From: a virus
Virus record (IMG/VR): IMGVR_UViG_3300017917_001839
Span: 58,295 to 122,294 of that record
DNA length: 64,000 bases
Direction: 5' to 3' (one strand)
Shown: piece after piece, positions 36,343 through 46,120 of the stretch
How the letters are laid out: each line of letters starts with the position of its first letter
Numbering within the stretch: position 1 is the stretch's first letter
Position numbers and translations under genes: made by a program
Notes under the pieces: model-generated
The model's input: the letters and a program-made list of their open reading frames with translations, nothing else
Databases searched by the model: none
What the model was told of the DNA's origin: nothing

Positions 36343-36371
36343 TTGACAGCCACCAAAACTTGTGCTATAAT
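36343..36371 (+). promoter_or_regulatory. Sigma70-type (early) promoter
   Basis: Perfect TTGACA-N17-TATAAT. Confidence 0.88.
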
Positions 36372-36399
36372 GTAATGTAAGCTGAAAAATAGGACCTAT

Positions 36400-36867
36400 A
36401 TGGACATCTCAGTTTTTGGTACTAAAAATAAAAAATTAATCAACGAGCTGTGCGAAGCTTCGGAGTTTTTTGCACGTTGCTTGATGGATAAGCGCATGGT
36501 TGATAACCTAGAGCTCGATATCGAGCTTGACTCTAAGCTAGATGTGCAAGGCACTGCCATCAATGAAGATGGCACTCGGCGCAGTAGATATTTTACAATT
36601 CAGTTACGTAATGGTCGCGGAGATGATTTGATTCAAACTCTAGCACACGAAATGGTTCATGTTAAGCAACATGCTAAAAATGAACTTGTCAAGGACTACG
36701 GCACGGCACGTGGCGGCTATAAGTTAGAAAGTGTGTGGATGGGCAAAGTGTGGCGACCAAAAGCTGGAGAAGATTCTTATTTTGATTCTCCGTGGGAAGT
36801 TGAAGCATATGGTCGCGAAGTTGGTCTAATGCATCGCTGGATCAAGCATAAAGAAAAATCAAAATAA
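36400..36867 (+). CDS. HExxH zinc metallopeptidase-like protein
   Basis: TLAHEMVHVKQ...PWEVEAY; SD AGGA. Confidence 0.7.
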   Translation: MDISVFGTKNKKLINELCEASEFFARCLMDKRMVDNLELDIELDSKLDVQGTAINEDGTRRSRYFTIQLRNGRGDDLIQTLAHEMVHVKQHAKNELVKDYGTARGGYKLESVWMGKVWRPKAGEDSYFDSPWEVEAYGREVGLMHRWIKHKEKSK

Positions 36868-36872
36868 ACCGG

Positions 36873-36901
36873 TTGACATAACAACCCGGTTCAGTTATAG
36901 T
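36873..36901 (+). promoter_or_regulatory. Sigma70-type (early) promoter
   Basis: TTGACA-N17-TATAGT with the same CCGG prefix and AATGTAAGC suffix as 36343. Confidence 0.8.
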
Positions 36902-36984
36902 AAGAATGTAAGCAAGAAATTGCGTACATAGGCCGGTAACACTTGTTACCATTTTGTTTAACTTAAGTATGAGATATAAAGTTA

Positions 36985-37242
36985 ATGAATAAGATGATGC
37001 GTAAGTTTGAAGAAGTCTGCGAAAGTGCGGATCGGTTCAACTCAGAAAATCGCACTGAACGATTCTTTAAGCTGTTTGAACAGCGTAAGAAGTACGTTAC
37101 AGTAGGATTGTATGATAGTGTGACCAAGAAGCACGTTCTGTTTGACAGCATCAACCTAGTCGGTAATTTCCGTTACAACAGTAATGGTGTACCAGGTGAG
37201 CTGTTTGAAATGGAACGCATGATTACTTCTGCTTCTAAGTAA
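36985..37242 (+). CDS. Hypothetical protein
   Basis: 85-aa ORF between a promoter and a terminator. Confidence 0.65.
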   Translation: MNKMMRKFEEVCESADRFNSENRTERFFKLFEQRKKYVTVGLYDSVTKKHVLFDSINLVGNFRYNSNGVPGELFEMERMITSASK

Positions 37243-37282
37243 TTAACTAGTTATAGTATGATAGTGTAGAAATAATGTATTA

Positions 37283-37314
37283 AAAAATATAGGGCCGAAA
37301 GGCCCTATATTTTT
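37283..37314. terminator. Bidirectional terminator
   Basis: AAAAATATAGGGCC-GAAA-GGCCCTATATTTTT between convergent genes. Confidence 0.88.
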
Positions 37315-39970
37315 ATGAGAATCCAAATTCGTTTATCTTTTGACGAATATACTCTGCTCGCACATTTGCTAAATGCTGTGCTAATCGCAAGAAACCAACA
37401 TCCCCGGGTTGTAGATTGTCTGGTGGTGCTGTATCTACTTCGTCGGGCGTTTGGAACAGTTCACCTTCATAAATTCTTCTAGCTTCTATGTCTTCTCTAT
37501 AAACCAACGGACCGTCTGTGCCAGCACCACTGATATCGGCACCTAGGTTCCAGGTTTTCATTAAGCGTGGAATTTCACTGTATTTGCCTTCGTTGAGTGC
37601 TGCAAGAACATTGCTGTTAGCAAAGTTTTCTGGCCCAATTGCTAGTGCAAAGCTAGACAGTGCTGCCGTTTGATTATCGTTTAGCGGAACCTTAATCATG
37701 TACTTAACACTTTCAAATGCCGTGTTTAAGTCTGCACTAAGCGCCATTGAAGTGCTAACTGGACCAAGTCCTTGAGCAAAGTCAACAATCTTATTACCTA
37801 ATGCATCTTCGTAAATAATACTTGGTCCGTCTCTGCGAACAGTGAGTCCTGCTTCTTTTAATTTATTTGCCAAGTCGTCAGCATTTTTTGCAAACTTAAA
37901 TGCATTATCAACACTGGCTCTCATTTGTTTAAATGCATCTGCATTTAGATTAGCTGCTAGGCCTTTAGCATCAATAGCGAACTGATTAAGTCGTGCTTCG
38001 TACTCTTTTAGTTGCTTTTGCACACCAACTATTTTATCCTTTAGCGCATTCGAAATAGGAATTCTAATTGGTGGTATGGCTGTTTCAATAGACTTGACAA
38101 CATTTTTTAAATTTGTTACTTCTAAAAATTTCTTCTCTGCTGCGGCAGCAAAATTATTCAGTGCATTTTGTAAGTCTGCATATGTAGGGATAGAATTGTT
38201 TATGCGTTCTAATCGAGCATTTAAGTCCCTAAGCGATTGCTCTCCTGATTTTGTAGCATTTGCAGCCGCAGTAGTACCTGTTCCACCTGCTGGTGTTGCA
38301 CTACCCGAACTTGGTGCACCACCGGGTGTTTGATAACCTACCCCAACTTTTGAACCATTTGGGCTCTGAACATCTGCTGGTTTGCCTGGAGTGTTACTCT
38401 CACCAGGTGCAGCACTATCTGCTGTTGCTGAATCCGATCCAACTCGAGATGGATCATCCTGTGCTGGATCTATGGGCTTACCGGCATGGCCTTCATATGG
38501 TTCTGCTGTAACTAAAATTGGTACAATAGTGTCTAACTCGTCTTGCTTACCAGGACGTTTGCCTTGTAACGGAATTGAAGGCTTACCGTCCTTGGCATTT
38601 TCAATATTGAAAACAGGTTCTTCGCGTGATTGATCTTTTTGTTTGTTAGTGCCTATACGAGACGCCGACGGTGCTGGTAATGCAGGCGGTAATATTGGCA
38701 TAGCACCATTTAAGTGTATCATAGCACCTCTAATGCCAACCATTGCGCCGCCATCAATTCCTAGCAGTGATGCTTTTACTGACATAGGTAATTTAGCATC
38801 AAGTACCATTGGGCCTGCTGTTTGTATACTTGCACCAGTTATACCCGATGTAACCTTAAAAGCACCAGCAGAGTTTAGATTTATATCAGAACCAGCTGAT
38901 GTAGCATTAAAAGCAGTTGCGGCATATTGGTTGATTGAGCTGGCTGCTTCAATGTTAAAGTTTCCGCCGCTGCCTAATGCAGCACCCACAGCAGGCGACT
39001 TAACAATACCTTTGTATTCTTTACCGCCTATGTTATCACCGGCTGCTTTAATGTTTACGTTTTGCCCAGCTTCAATGTTGATATCTAAATCTGCACGTAA
39101 GTTAAAGTTGCCGCGTGTACGCATATTAATACTACCAGCAGAAAATACGTTAATGGTGTCGCCATTGAGCTCTAGCCATGTGCCATTCTTATTAATGATG
39201 TAAATTAGTCCTGTGCCATCGTCCATTAATATTTGTTGGGCGCCAGCAGTGCGTAAGCGCACCATGCGGCTGCCTATACGGTCATCCATAACAAACTGAT
39301 GACCAGCAAGTCTGTTATTAAAGTTTAACGGGTCTCTGGGACCGGGTGTTAGTATACCAAATACTTCACTGGGACTTTCTCTGCGGCTACTGCCAGATCC
39401 TGCGCCACGAATCCGATCATTAATCAAACCTTGCTTAACAATTTTTTCTGCTAAGTCAACGTGAATAGGTCTAATAGCATCGTTGTGAGTGGTGCGCTCA
39501 TCGCGTTTGTTTTTTTCTGCTACAGGTACTAGTAGCTTTGAATCGCTGTAGCTGGTACCACCGGCCATACCTGGAACCATATAATTGTATTTGTCTGGGA
39601 ATAAGCAGCCAATAATAAAAGGAAACTTTAGGTTGCCGTCGCCAAAGCACACCAGAACAAGGTTGCCAATGTCTGGGGGTACCATCCACATGCCATAACT
39701 TTTTTGTGTCTGCTCATAGCTTTCAATTTTACCGCCAATGGCAGCTGGGTCAGTACCGCCAGCAAATGGGCTAGTCCAGATACACTGAAACCTAGCAGCG
39801 GTATTAGTTTTGTCTTTGCCTAACGCACTAATGAATACATCTATTCTACCGGTACGGCTAAGATCCTTTGTTCCCATTACCTCACCAATGTAGATACCAT
39901 GGGTAGGATCTTTGGCAGCGTCTTTGCGTGTTTCTGGATTGCTGTTACTGATTCGCGAATTGTCTGTCAT
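37313..39970 (-). CDS. gp5: Baseplate hub/spike, T4 gp5/VgrG-like, with C-terminal lysozyme-like region
   Basis: OB-fold N-terminus (GIYIGEV...GRIDVFI...SYGMWMVPPDIGNLVLVCF), GHQFVMDD beta-helix, C-terminal PLNDNQTAALSSF...W...RR.YE.ELF. Confidence 0.75.
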   Translation of the reverse strand: MTDNSRISNSNPETRKDAAKDPTHGIYIGEVMGTKDLSRTGRIDVFISALGKDKTNTAARFQCIWTSPFAGGTDPAAIGGKIESYEQTQKSYGMWMVPPDIGNLVLVCFGDGNLKFPFIIGCLFPDKYNYMVPGMAGGTSYSDSKLLVPVAEKNKRDERTTHNDAIRPIHVDLAEKIVKQGLINDRIRGAGSGSSRRESPSEVFGILTPGPRDPLNFNNRLAGHQFVMDDRIGSRMVRLRTAGAQQILMDDGTGLIYIINKNGTWLELNGDTINVFSAGSINMRTRGNFNLRADLDINIEAGQNVNIKAAGDNIGGKEYKGIVKSPAVGAALGSGGNFNIEAASSINQYAATAFNATSAGSDINLNSAGAFKVTSGITGASIQTAGPMVLDAKLPMSVKASLLGIDGGAMVGIRGAMIHLNGAMPILPPALPAPSASRIGTNKQKDQSREEPVFNIENAKDGKPSIPLQGKRPGKQDELDTIVPILVTAEPYEGHAGKPIDPAQDDPSRVGSDSATADSAAPGESNTPGKPADVQSPNGSKVGVGYQTPGGAPSSGSATPAGGTGTTAAANATKSGEQSLRDLNARLERINNSIPTYADLQNALNNFAAAAEKKFLEVTNLKNVVKSIETAIPPIRIPISNALKDKIVGVQKQLKEYEARLNQFAIDAKGLAANLNADAFKQMRASVDNAFKFAKNADDLANKLKEAGLTVRRDGPSIIYEDALGNKIVDFAQGLGPVSTSMALSADLNTAFESVKYMIKVPLNDNQTAALSSFALAIGPENFANSNVLAALNEGKYSEIPRLMKTWNLGADISGAGTDGPLVYREDIEARRIYEGELFQTPDEVDTAPPDNLQPGDVGFLRLAQHLANVRAEYIRQKINEFGFS

Positions 39971-39973
39971 GTA

Positions 39974-42844
39974 TTACTTTCCCTTTGGTGCGTATACGTG
40001 TAAGTGGTCGTTATGATCTGTACTGTTCCACACAACTTTCCAGCCTTGTGATCTGAGTGCAGCCGCCATGGAGTCAAATTTTGCTTTCTGTGCTGGATTG
40101 AACCACTCTTTGTTACCTGTGCCAATGTTAACGTCAAATGCACGACCGTCTGCGTGTTCCCCAGATGAGTGAGCATCTTTATTGTAATTGCCAGGGGTTA
40201 AATCTGGATTTTCACTAGGTATTGTACCATTTTGTTCCAACCATGATTTGAGCTGTGCCATATTTGCCTTGCTAGCTGGCGGTGGTGTACCAACAGTTGG
40301 TGCTAGCGGATCGCCTGTGGTAGTACCCGGGTCAGTAGGATTACCAATTTCACTGGCGGGTGTTCCTAAAGTTTCAGAAGCTTCTTTGTACCCTTCGACT
40401 GTGGTTAAATCTGGCGGTGTTTGATCGCGACGAACTCGTTTAACTTTGTGTAAGGGTAAAGCTATATCTTTGGTTGCTTCTACATCTACAGTGTAAATAC
40501 CATTTCTAAAATTATTAACAACTTTAAGGATTCTATAGAGTCCACTAAATGACTTGCTCATGCCGTTAAAATTCCAGAAGCCTGAATTTTTATTACTGTC
40601 CTCGTCCGACACATCTGGATCATATGATTGGGCTGAGGCAATTTGCAGAATAATAAAATTGTCATCACTGGTATAACTTACACTAGTAGGAGTACTGCTA
40701 GCAGCCATGTTTGTTTCGCCACTGGCTTTGCCCAAGTACCATGGATCGCCTCTTAGTGTTAAATTAACTTTGTTTAAGAACGCACTTGCATTATGTTGAT
40801 GATGTACATAACCAAATAATGTATTTGCCGGACTAGTTGTAACATATGTTGCTGCTTCTGCAATATTAGGAACTGTGCTGGTGCCTAATACTTCGTATCT
40901 AAAATCAGCGTTGGCCATGTCAAAGTTTTTAAGATCGCTGACATCAATTGCGTCAGTCGACATAACCAAATCTTCCGAATATGTAAAGCCACTGGTTTCT
41001 GGTTTATAAGCTGCACCACCAGGTGTGGTTCCGGTTGGAGGGGCAGTGTCGGAAGAACTAGTGTTAGACATCACCGCAGATGATGCTAGCTTATTAATGG
41101 TTCTTGAATCTAACGAAGCGACCAGATCGCGTTGGGCTTTGCCAGTAGTATCATTAAGAATTGTTCTAAGTTGTTCTTGTGGTCTATCTATTGCATTGGC
41201 TATTTTTTGTATAGATGCTGCATTACCTTTGATCGAATCTAAAAGATCGCCAAATTTAGCCTTAGCACCTGCAATTTTAGATTTGCTAAAAAGTTCCTTA
41301 CCGCTAGCATCAGCTGTCTGTGCAATAGTTGAATTTAATGCAACACCAGATGTTATACTGACGTCGCCGATAACGCCGCCATTTGGTGGCACAAGCAAAA
41401 CTTGAGCACCATCCCAGGCAATATCCATGTTTATGATTTGATCATTGCGACCGGTAAACAAGTAGTAATAACTTTTATGTATCTTATTTTCTTTATACAT
41501 TGTTTGCAATTTAACTGTAGCAGCGGCTTCGCTGCCAGTGATATTGACCTCATCGATGGTCAATGCCACATCACTGCGGCCTGTGTTGTATAAAGTTGGT
41601 TTGTAGGTATATCTACGTGTATATGCTATTCGTTTTTTATCCCACTGAAGTTCTTGTACTTCAGCATTCATTCTCATCCACGAAATAAAAACTTTTGCTG
41701 CATTAACTGCTTTATCAGCAGGATCTTGCATATTGCTTTTTCTGGTAATCATTTCTAAGAACTCTTTGTTCATACTTAACAGTATGAAAAAGTATCTCTC
41801 AAAAGTAACACCTTTGGGGATGGTAATTTTATCACCAACCACAACAATGTCTGTTTTGCCAGTATTCTTTGGCACTTCTTCTGCGCCGGATTGTTCTTCC
41901 TCAAGTGTTTCTTTAGTCTCGTTGGTCCAAGCTCTATTAACATCTTCGGAATTTAAATCATTACTGGTATTTAGAGTTTCGTCTTTGATTTTAACCGTCT
42001 GGCCGCCTTCAAATCCTACTGCGGTTGATCCATCACCAATTAACCCAGATAAATCAAATTTAATTTCATCCGGTCGTTCATAATTGTTTGCTGCATTATC
42101 AGCGTAATACTTGTTTAGTTGTTTTTCAAAATCTCTTACGTGTTCAGTTATTGTTTTGCCAACACTGGTTATTGCAAATGGAACTCTGTACAGAGAGTCA
42201 ACGAAAGCAGTGACATTCTCTAGGTTAACTTCAAAATCATAGTAGCTGCCAGTGTTATCAACCTTAACAGCAATTTTTTGCAATCTACATTTAAAGGTAA
42301 TGGGACCTAGAATAGTTGTGACTTCACCACCTTGATCGTTATCATCCGGGTCATGATTATATCCCTGGAATCTAACATCTAGATACATTATTGGAGTTGT
42401 TGTTACTTGGTTGCCTAGAAATATATCAGCAGCGGCTATTTGATCTAACAAATTGGCGCCGCCGGGTTGAAATACCCTAAATTTTGCTATTTGCTGTAGG
42501 AAACCACCTTTTTCGTTTTTAGCAGCCACGATCTCTAAGTCGTCAATGATGTTTCCTGTAACACCAGTTTGCGCAATAGTTACTTGTTTAATATCTCGGC
42601 GGCCTGTTACAACAATAGTTTGCGTATCGCTCTCGGCAGGCGTATCTGAACGTGCTGTATCGGCAGTATCTTTCTTTTCTGCGTCGCCACTAACTGAAGA
42701 GCTTTTAGCAACAGGTATCATGTACAACCTTAGGTTGTACGAAGGATTGTCGTACTGATCTAAAATATTTCCCCATACAGTACCTAAATATGGATCAGGT
42801 ACCTCAGGAGTACGACCTGCTGTGGATGCTCTTAAATTTGGCAT
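39974..42844 (-). CDS. Putative baseplate hub protein with C-terminal peptidase M15-like domain
   Basis: Position between gp53-like and gp5-like genes; LTLRGDPWY and FSGLYRILKV..F; C-terminal SGEHADGRAFD...HNDHLHV. Confidence 0.6.
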   Translation of the reverse strand: MPNLRASTAGRTPEVPDPYLGTVWGNILDQYDNPSYNLRLYMIPVAKSSSVSGDAEKKDTADTARSDTPAESDTQTIVVTGRRDIKQVTIAQTGVTGNIIDDLEIVAAKNEKGGFLQQIAKFRVFQPGGANLLDQIAAADIFLGNQVTTTPIMYLDVRFQGYNHDPDDNDQGGEVTTILGPITFKCRLQKIAVKVDNTGSYYDFEVNLENVTAFVDSLYRVPFAITSVGKTITEHVRDFEKQLNKYYADNAANNYERPDEIKFDLSGLIGDGSTAVGFEGGQTVKIKDETLNTSNDLNSEDVNRAWTNETKETLEEEQSGAEEVPKNTGKTDIVVVGDKITIPKGVTFERYFFILLSMNKEFLEMITRKSNMQDPADKAVNAAKVFISWMRMNAEVQELQWDKKRIAYTRRYTYKPTLYNTGRSDVALTIDEVNITGSEAAATVKLQTMYKENKIHKSYYYLFTGRNDQIINMDIAWDGAQVLLVPPNGGVIGDVSITSGVALNSTIAQTADASGKELFSKSKIAGAKAKFGDLLDSIKGNAASIQKIANAIDRPQEQLRTILNDTTGKAQRDLVASLDSRTINKLASSAVMSNTSSSDTAPPTGTTPGGAAYKPETSGFTYSEDLVMSTDAIDVSDLKNFDMANADFRYEVLGTSTVPNIAEAATYVTTSPANTLFGYVHHQHNASAFLNKVNLTLRGDPWYLGKASGETNMAASSTPTSVSYTSDDNFIILQIASAQSYDPDVSDEDSNKNSGFWNFNGMSKSFSGLYRILKVVNNFRNGIYTVDVEATKDIALPLHKVKRVRRDQTPPDLTTVEGYKEASETLGTPASEIGNPTDPGTTTGDPLAPTVGTPPPASKANMAQLKSWLEQNGTIPSENPDLTPGNYNKDAHSSGEHADGRAFDVNIGTGNKEWFNPAQKAKFDSMAAALRSQGWKVVWNSTDHNDHLHVYAPKGK

Positions 42845-43155
42845 TAGGCGCTCTCAGCTACAATATTAACAGTTTCCTTAGTTGGAAGTCGTATTGATTT
42901 TCCAGCAGAAAAATCCCTAACTGGATCTTCAATGACATCAGGATTTCTCAGTGCAAATACCCACCAAAGACGTGAGTTACCATATAACACATACGCTAAA
43001 AGATCTGGTCTTTCATTGTATGCTTGGTCAATTATATATTCTTCATCGCTTTCATATTTTGGAATAGATGGCAGCGCATTGTAATCTAAAAATAAACCAT
43101 CAATGATCGCAGTATTCTTAACAAAACTGTCTTTGCGAATTCTATCAGCTGACAT
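42844..43155 (-). CDS. gp53: Baseplate wedge subunit, gp53/LysM-like
   Basis: YNERPDLLAYVLYGNSRLWWVFALRN. Confidence 0.75.
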   Translation of the reverse strand: MSADRIRKDSFVKNTAIIDGLFLDYNALPSIPKYESDEEYIIDQAYNERPDLLAYVLYGNSRLWWVFALRNPDVIEDPVRDFSAGKSIRLPTKETVNIVAESA

Positions 43156-44084
43156 TAGATAAACCCGTCCTTATATGCTTTACCTGTACGAACTGCATTG
43201 ATATCAAATCTTCTGCGTAGTTTGTGTGGTGTATAATTTGGGGTCAATGTAATAACGATGTTTGTTTTTGTTGGTACATGAGTTACTGTATCATTTACAA
43301 GTACAGGTACATAGTCAACGTCATCGCTCAACTGTATACTATAGTTTGTGACTACAACAGGAACTTTGTTGAACCCGTGGTCGCCTAGATATTCAAATAA
43401 CAACACAGGGGGAGGTGTGCCATAATCACCGCTAGCAACAGCGGCGTCACCAAAGTAGGCTTTTGTACAAACTTTAAGGAATGTCATTACAGCAAGAAGA
43501 TATCGTGCTTCATAAATGTCGTTGGCTGTGAAGTCTGCTGCTACAGGGATATCAGGTGGACGACTACTAACAAATGTGTTAATAGGATAGTTCATGCCTT
43601 GCATTAGTGCTTGGTTATACTCAGCTGTGCCACTTAAAAAGATATTTGGTGTGTACTGCCAAACCAACCCACCGCTTTCTTTGAGTGGTCTCATTAGTGC
43701 ATCGCCTCCGGCTAGAGCTCCATAAAATTGCTCAATGCCTCCGGCTTTTGGTCTAAGTCTGGCACGCCAGTCGTAGCCCTTAGATAGTTTATTGCTGGTA
43801 CCATCGCTGCTTATTGTATTCTGAGAAGCTATGATATTTGACGTTTCTTCGGCGATAGCCGACAAACGCTCGTTAACCAAAGTACGATAACTGTTATCGC
43901 TGAAATCTGGGATGCCGCCGCCAAAACCCGGCAAGAAGTTGTTAACAATTGTTCCTAAACCAGATCGTAGTATTGGATTCTTAACAGAGGATAACCCTTT
44001 GCCTACCTGGTTACTTAACTTGCTTTCAACAGTTCGCCCCAGCTGAGTGAAAATACTGCCGTTTGTGAATCTATTTTGTGCCAT
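43155..44084 (-). CDS. Putative baseplate-tail tube junction protein (gp48/gp54-like)
   Basis: YTPNI...GTPPPVLLF.YLG...F.KVPVVVTNYSI.L.DDVDY; position in module. Confidence 0.55.
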   Translation of the reverse strand: MAQNRFTNGSIFTQLGRTVESKLSNQVGKGLSSVKNPILRSGLGTIVNNFLPGFGGGIPDFSDNSYRTLVNERLSAIAEETSNIIASQNTISSDGTSNKLSKGYDWRARLRPKAGGIEQFYGALAGGDALMRPLKESGGLVWQYTPNIFLSGTAEYNQALMQGMNYPINTFVSSRPPDIPVAADFTANDIYEARYLLAVMTFLKVCTKAYFGDAAVASGDYGTPPPVLLFEYLGDHGFNKVPVVVTNYSIQLSDDVDYVPVLVNDTVTHVPTKTNIVITLTPNYTPHKLRRRFDINAVRTGKAYKDGFI

Positions 44085-44101
44085 AGCGTTCTCCTATGTA
44101 G

Positions 44102-44133
44102 TATTTATCTATCAATTTAAAACCCATTTTAAA
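44102..44133 (-). promoter_or_regulatory. Putative late promoter TTTAAAA-N3-GTTTT-N9-GATAAATA
   Basis: Heads the baseplate operon. Confidence 0.65.
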
Positions 44134-44169
44134 TGCTAGCCAGAAATTTCAAGAAACGCCAGAAAATTG

Positions 44170-44197
44170 TTGACTTCAGGATAAAATAATGTATACT
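44170..44197 (+). promoter_or_regulatory. Sigma70-type promoter for gp55-gp47-gp46
   Basis: TTGACT-N16-TATACT. Confidence 0.6.
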
Positions 44198-44222
44198 GTT
44201 AGAATATCTTACAGGAGTCTGC

Positions 44223-45107
44223 ATGACAATAACAACAGCTAAAAAGCAAAACTATCTCAATAACAAAGACATTCTAAAGGAAATCCATAAAAGCAAGATT
44301 ACCTTTTGTTATGTTGAGGATGATCGTTACGATATGTACGATCTTATTGTTGATAGTGTAAAAGACATCAATAAAAAAGCTCTAACACAAGCCAAGGAAA
44401 ATAAGGCTGCACGGATTCAGAGCGAGGGTTATGCGGAAGCAATGTTAGGACATGACTCTAAAGATTATCGTAACAAGCCCAAACAAAAAGATTTCGCAGT
44501 CGATCCGGATTCAATTGGCGACGACGAAGTTGTATTTCGTGTTATGACTTACGAGCATATTCCCGAAGAGGAAGGTCGTAAGAAGAATCCTAAAAACGAA
44601 GCTGAAGAAAAGAGTCGTGTAAACTTTCCCCCATTCAAGCACTATGCTTATCAAAATGGTGAGCTTAAGGAAGTTGTTCGCAGTCACTGGCGCGGTAGTT
44701 TAAGTAATGGCGAGTTTTGTGTTGATCACGGACGTATCACTAATACCTTAGGTACTATGTTCTTAAAGCTAGTTGAACGTTACAGCCATCGTGCTAACTG
44801 GCGTGGTTATACTTACATTGACGAAATGCGTGGTCAAGCATTGGTACAGCTAAGTCAAGTTGGACTACAGTTTAACGAAGCAAAGTCTGATAACCCATTT
44901 GCGTATTATACTGCCGCTGTTAACAATAGCTTTACACGAGTACTTAACTTAGAAAAGCGCAATCAAACCATTCGCGATGATATTTTGATTGAACAAGGGC
45001 ACATGCCTAGCTACAGTAGACAGCTAGCGCACGAAGCAGAAATCCGTCAACTCAGAGAAACTGCGGAAGCAGATAGACCTTCCCACGAGGAATACGACGA
45101 CCTATGA
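44223..45107 (+). CDS. gp55: Late-transcription sigma factor, T4 gp55-like
   Basis: NYLNNKD...NWRGYTYIDEM...FNEAKSDNPFAYYT..V.NSF.R.L..EK; synteny with gp47/gp46. Confidence 0.85.
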   Translation: MTITTAKKQNYLNNKDILKEIHKSKITFCYVEDDRYDMYDLIVDSVKDINKKALTQAKENKAARIQSEGYAEAMLGHDSKDYRNKPKQKDFAVDPDSIGDDEVVFRVMTYEHIPEEEGRKKNPKNEAEEKSRVNFPPFKHYAYQNGELKEVVRSHWRGSLSNGEFCVDHGRITNTLGTMFLKLVERYSHRANWRGYTYIDEMRGQALVQLSQVGLQFNEAKSDNPFAYYTAAVNNSFTRVLNLEKRNQTIRDDILIEQGHMPSYSRQLAHEAEIRQLRETAEADRPSHEEYDDL

Positions 45108-46120
45108 GCCAGCTGTTTAAAACAGCGGCTTGCTTTACAGACATTCACTACGGTTTAAAGCAAAACAGCCGCGTCCATCTAGATGACTGTCATCGATTTG
45201 TTGATTGGTTTATTGCAGAAGCAAAAGCTCGCGGAGCAGAAACCTGTATCTTCTTAGGTGACTGGAGTCACCATCGTGCCAGCGTAAACGTTGCTACAAT
45301 GAACGCTAGTATTAAGGATCTTAAAAAGTTAAACGACAACTTTGAAAAGGTTTACTTTATCACCGGTAACCACGACTTGTACTACAAGGACAAGCGTGAA
45401 CTAAACAGCGTTGAGTATGCTCGCGATCTACCAAACTTTGTTATGGTTGATGAAAAGTTCGTGCAAGATGATGTTGCTATTCTCCCATGGCTGGTAGCAG
45501 ATGAGTGGAAGCAAGTACAAAAGATGCGAGTCAAGTATTTGTTTGGTCACTTAGAGCTGCCTTACTTCAAAATGAATGCTATGGTAGAGATGCCAGATCA
45601 CGGCGGTCTCAAAGCAGAGCATTTGAGCGGTCCAGAATATGTGTTCAGCGGACACTTCCACAAGCGTCAGTACAAGAATAACATTCACTATATTGGTAAT
45701 GCTTTCCCACATAATTATGCAGACGTAGACGACAACGAACGTGGTGCAATGTTCCTTACTTGGGGTGAAGAACCAGTATATGTTAACTGGCCAGACTGTC
45801 CTAAGTTTAAGGTCTTTAGTCTCAGCGAATTAATTGATAACCATGAGAATTTACTTGACGAATATACCTATGCTCGTGTAAAATTAAACATTAATATTAG
45901 CTATGAAGAAGCTAACTTTATACGAGAAAAATTTTCTGAGCTGTATAAAGTTCGCGAACTGCAATTGATGCCTGTTAAGGACGAAGAGCAGGAATTCGAA
46001 GGCGGCGAGATTAAGTTTGAAAGCGTAGATCAAATTGTTCTCAGTCAGCTGGATACAATTGAATCTAACACCGTTGATAAGCAAGTATTAATTGATATCT
46101 ATAATAAACTTGAGGTCTAA
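45104..46120 (+). CDS. gp47: Recombination endonuclease subunit (Mre11/SbcD-like)
   Basis: DIHYG, LGDW, GNHD, GHLE and SGHFH phosphoesterase motifs. Confidence 0.92.
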   Translation: MSQLFKTAACFTDIHYGLKQNSRVHLDDCHRFVDWFIAEAKARGAETCIFLGDWSHHRASVNVATMNASIKDLKKLNDNFEKVYFITGNHDLYYKDKRELNSVEYARDLPNFVMVDEKFVQDDVAILPWLVADEWKQVQKMRVKYLFGHLELPYFKMNAMVEMPDHGGLKAEHLSGPEYVFSGHFHKRQYKNNIHYIGNAFPHNYADVDDNERGAMFLTWGEEPVYVNWPDCPKFKVFSLSELIDNHENLLDEYTYARVKLNINISYEEANFIREKFSELYKVRELQLMPVKDEEQEFEGGEIKFESVDQIVLSQLDTIESNTVDKQVLIDIYNKLEV

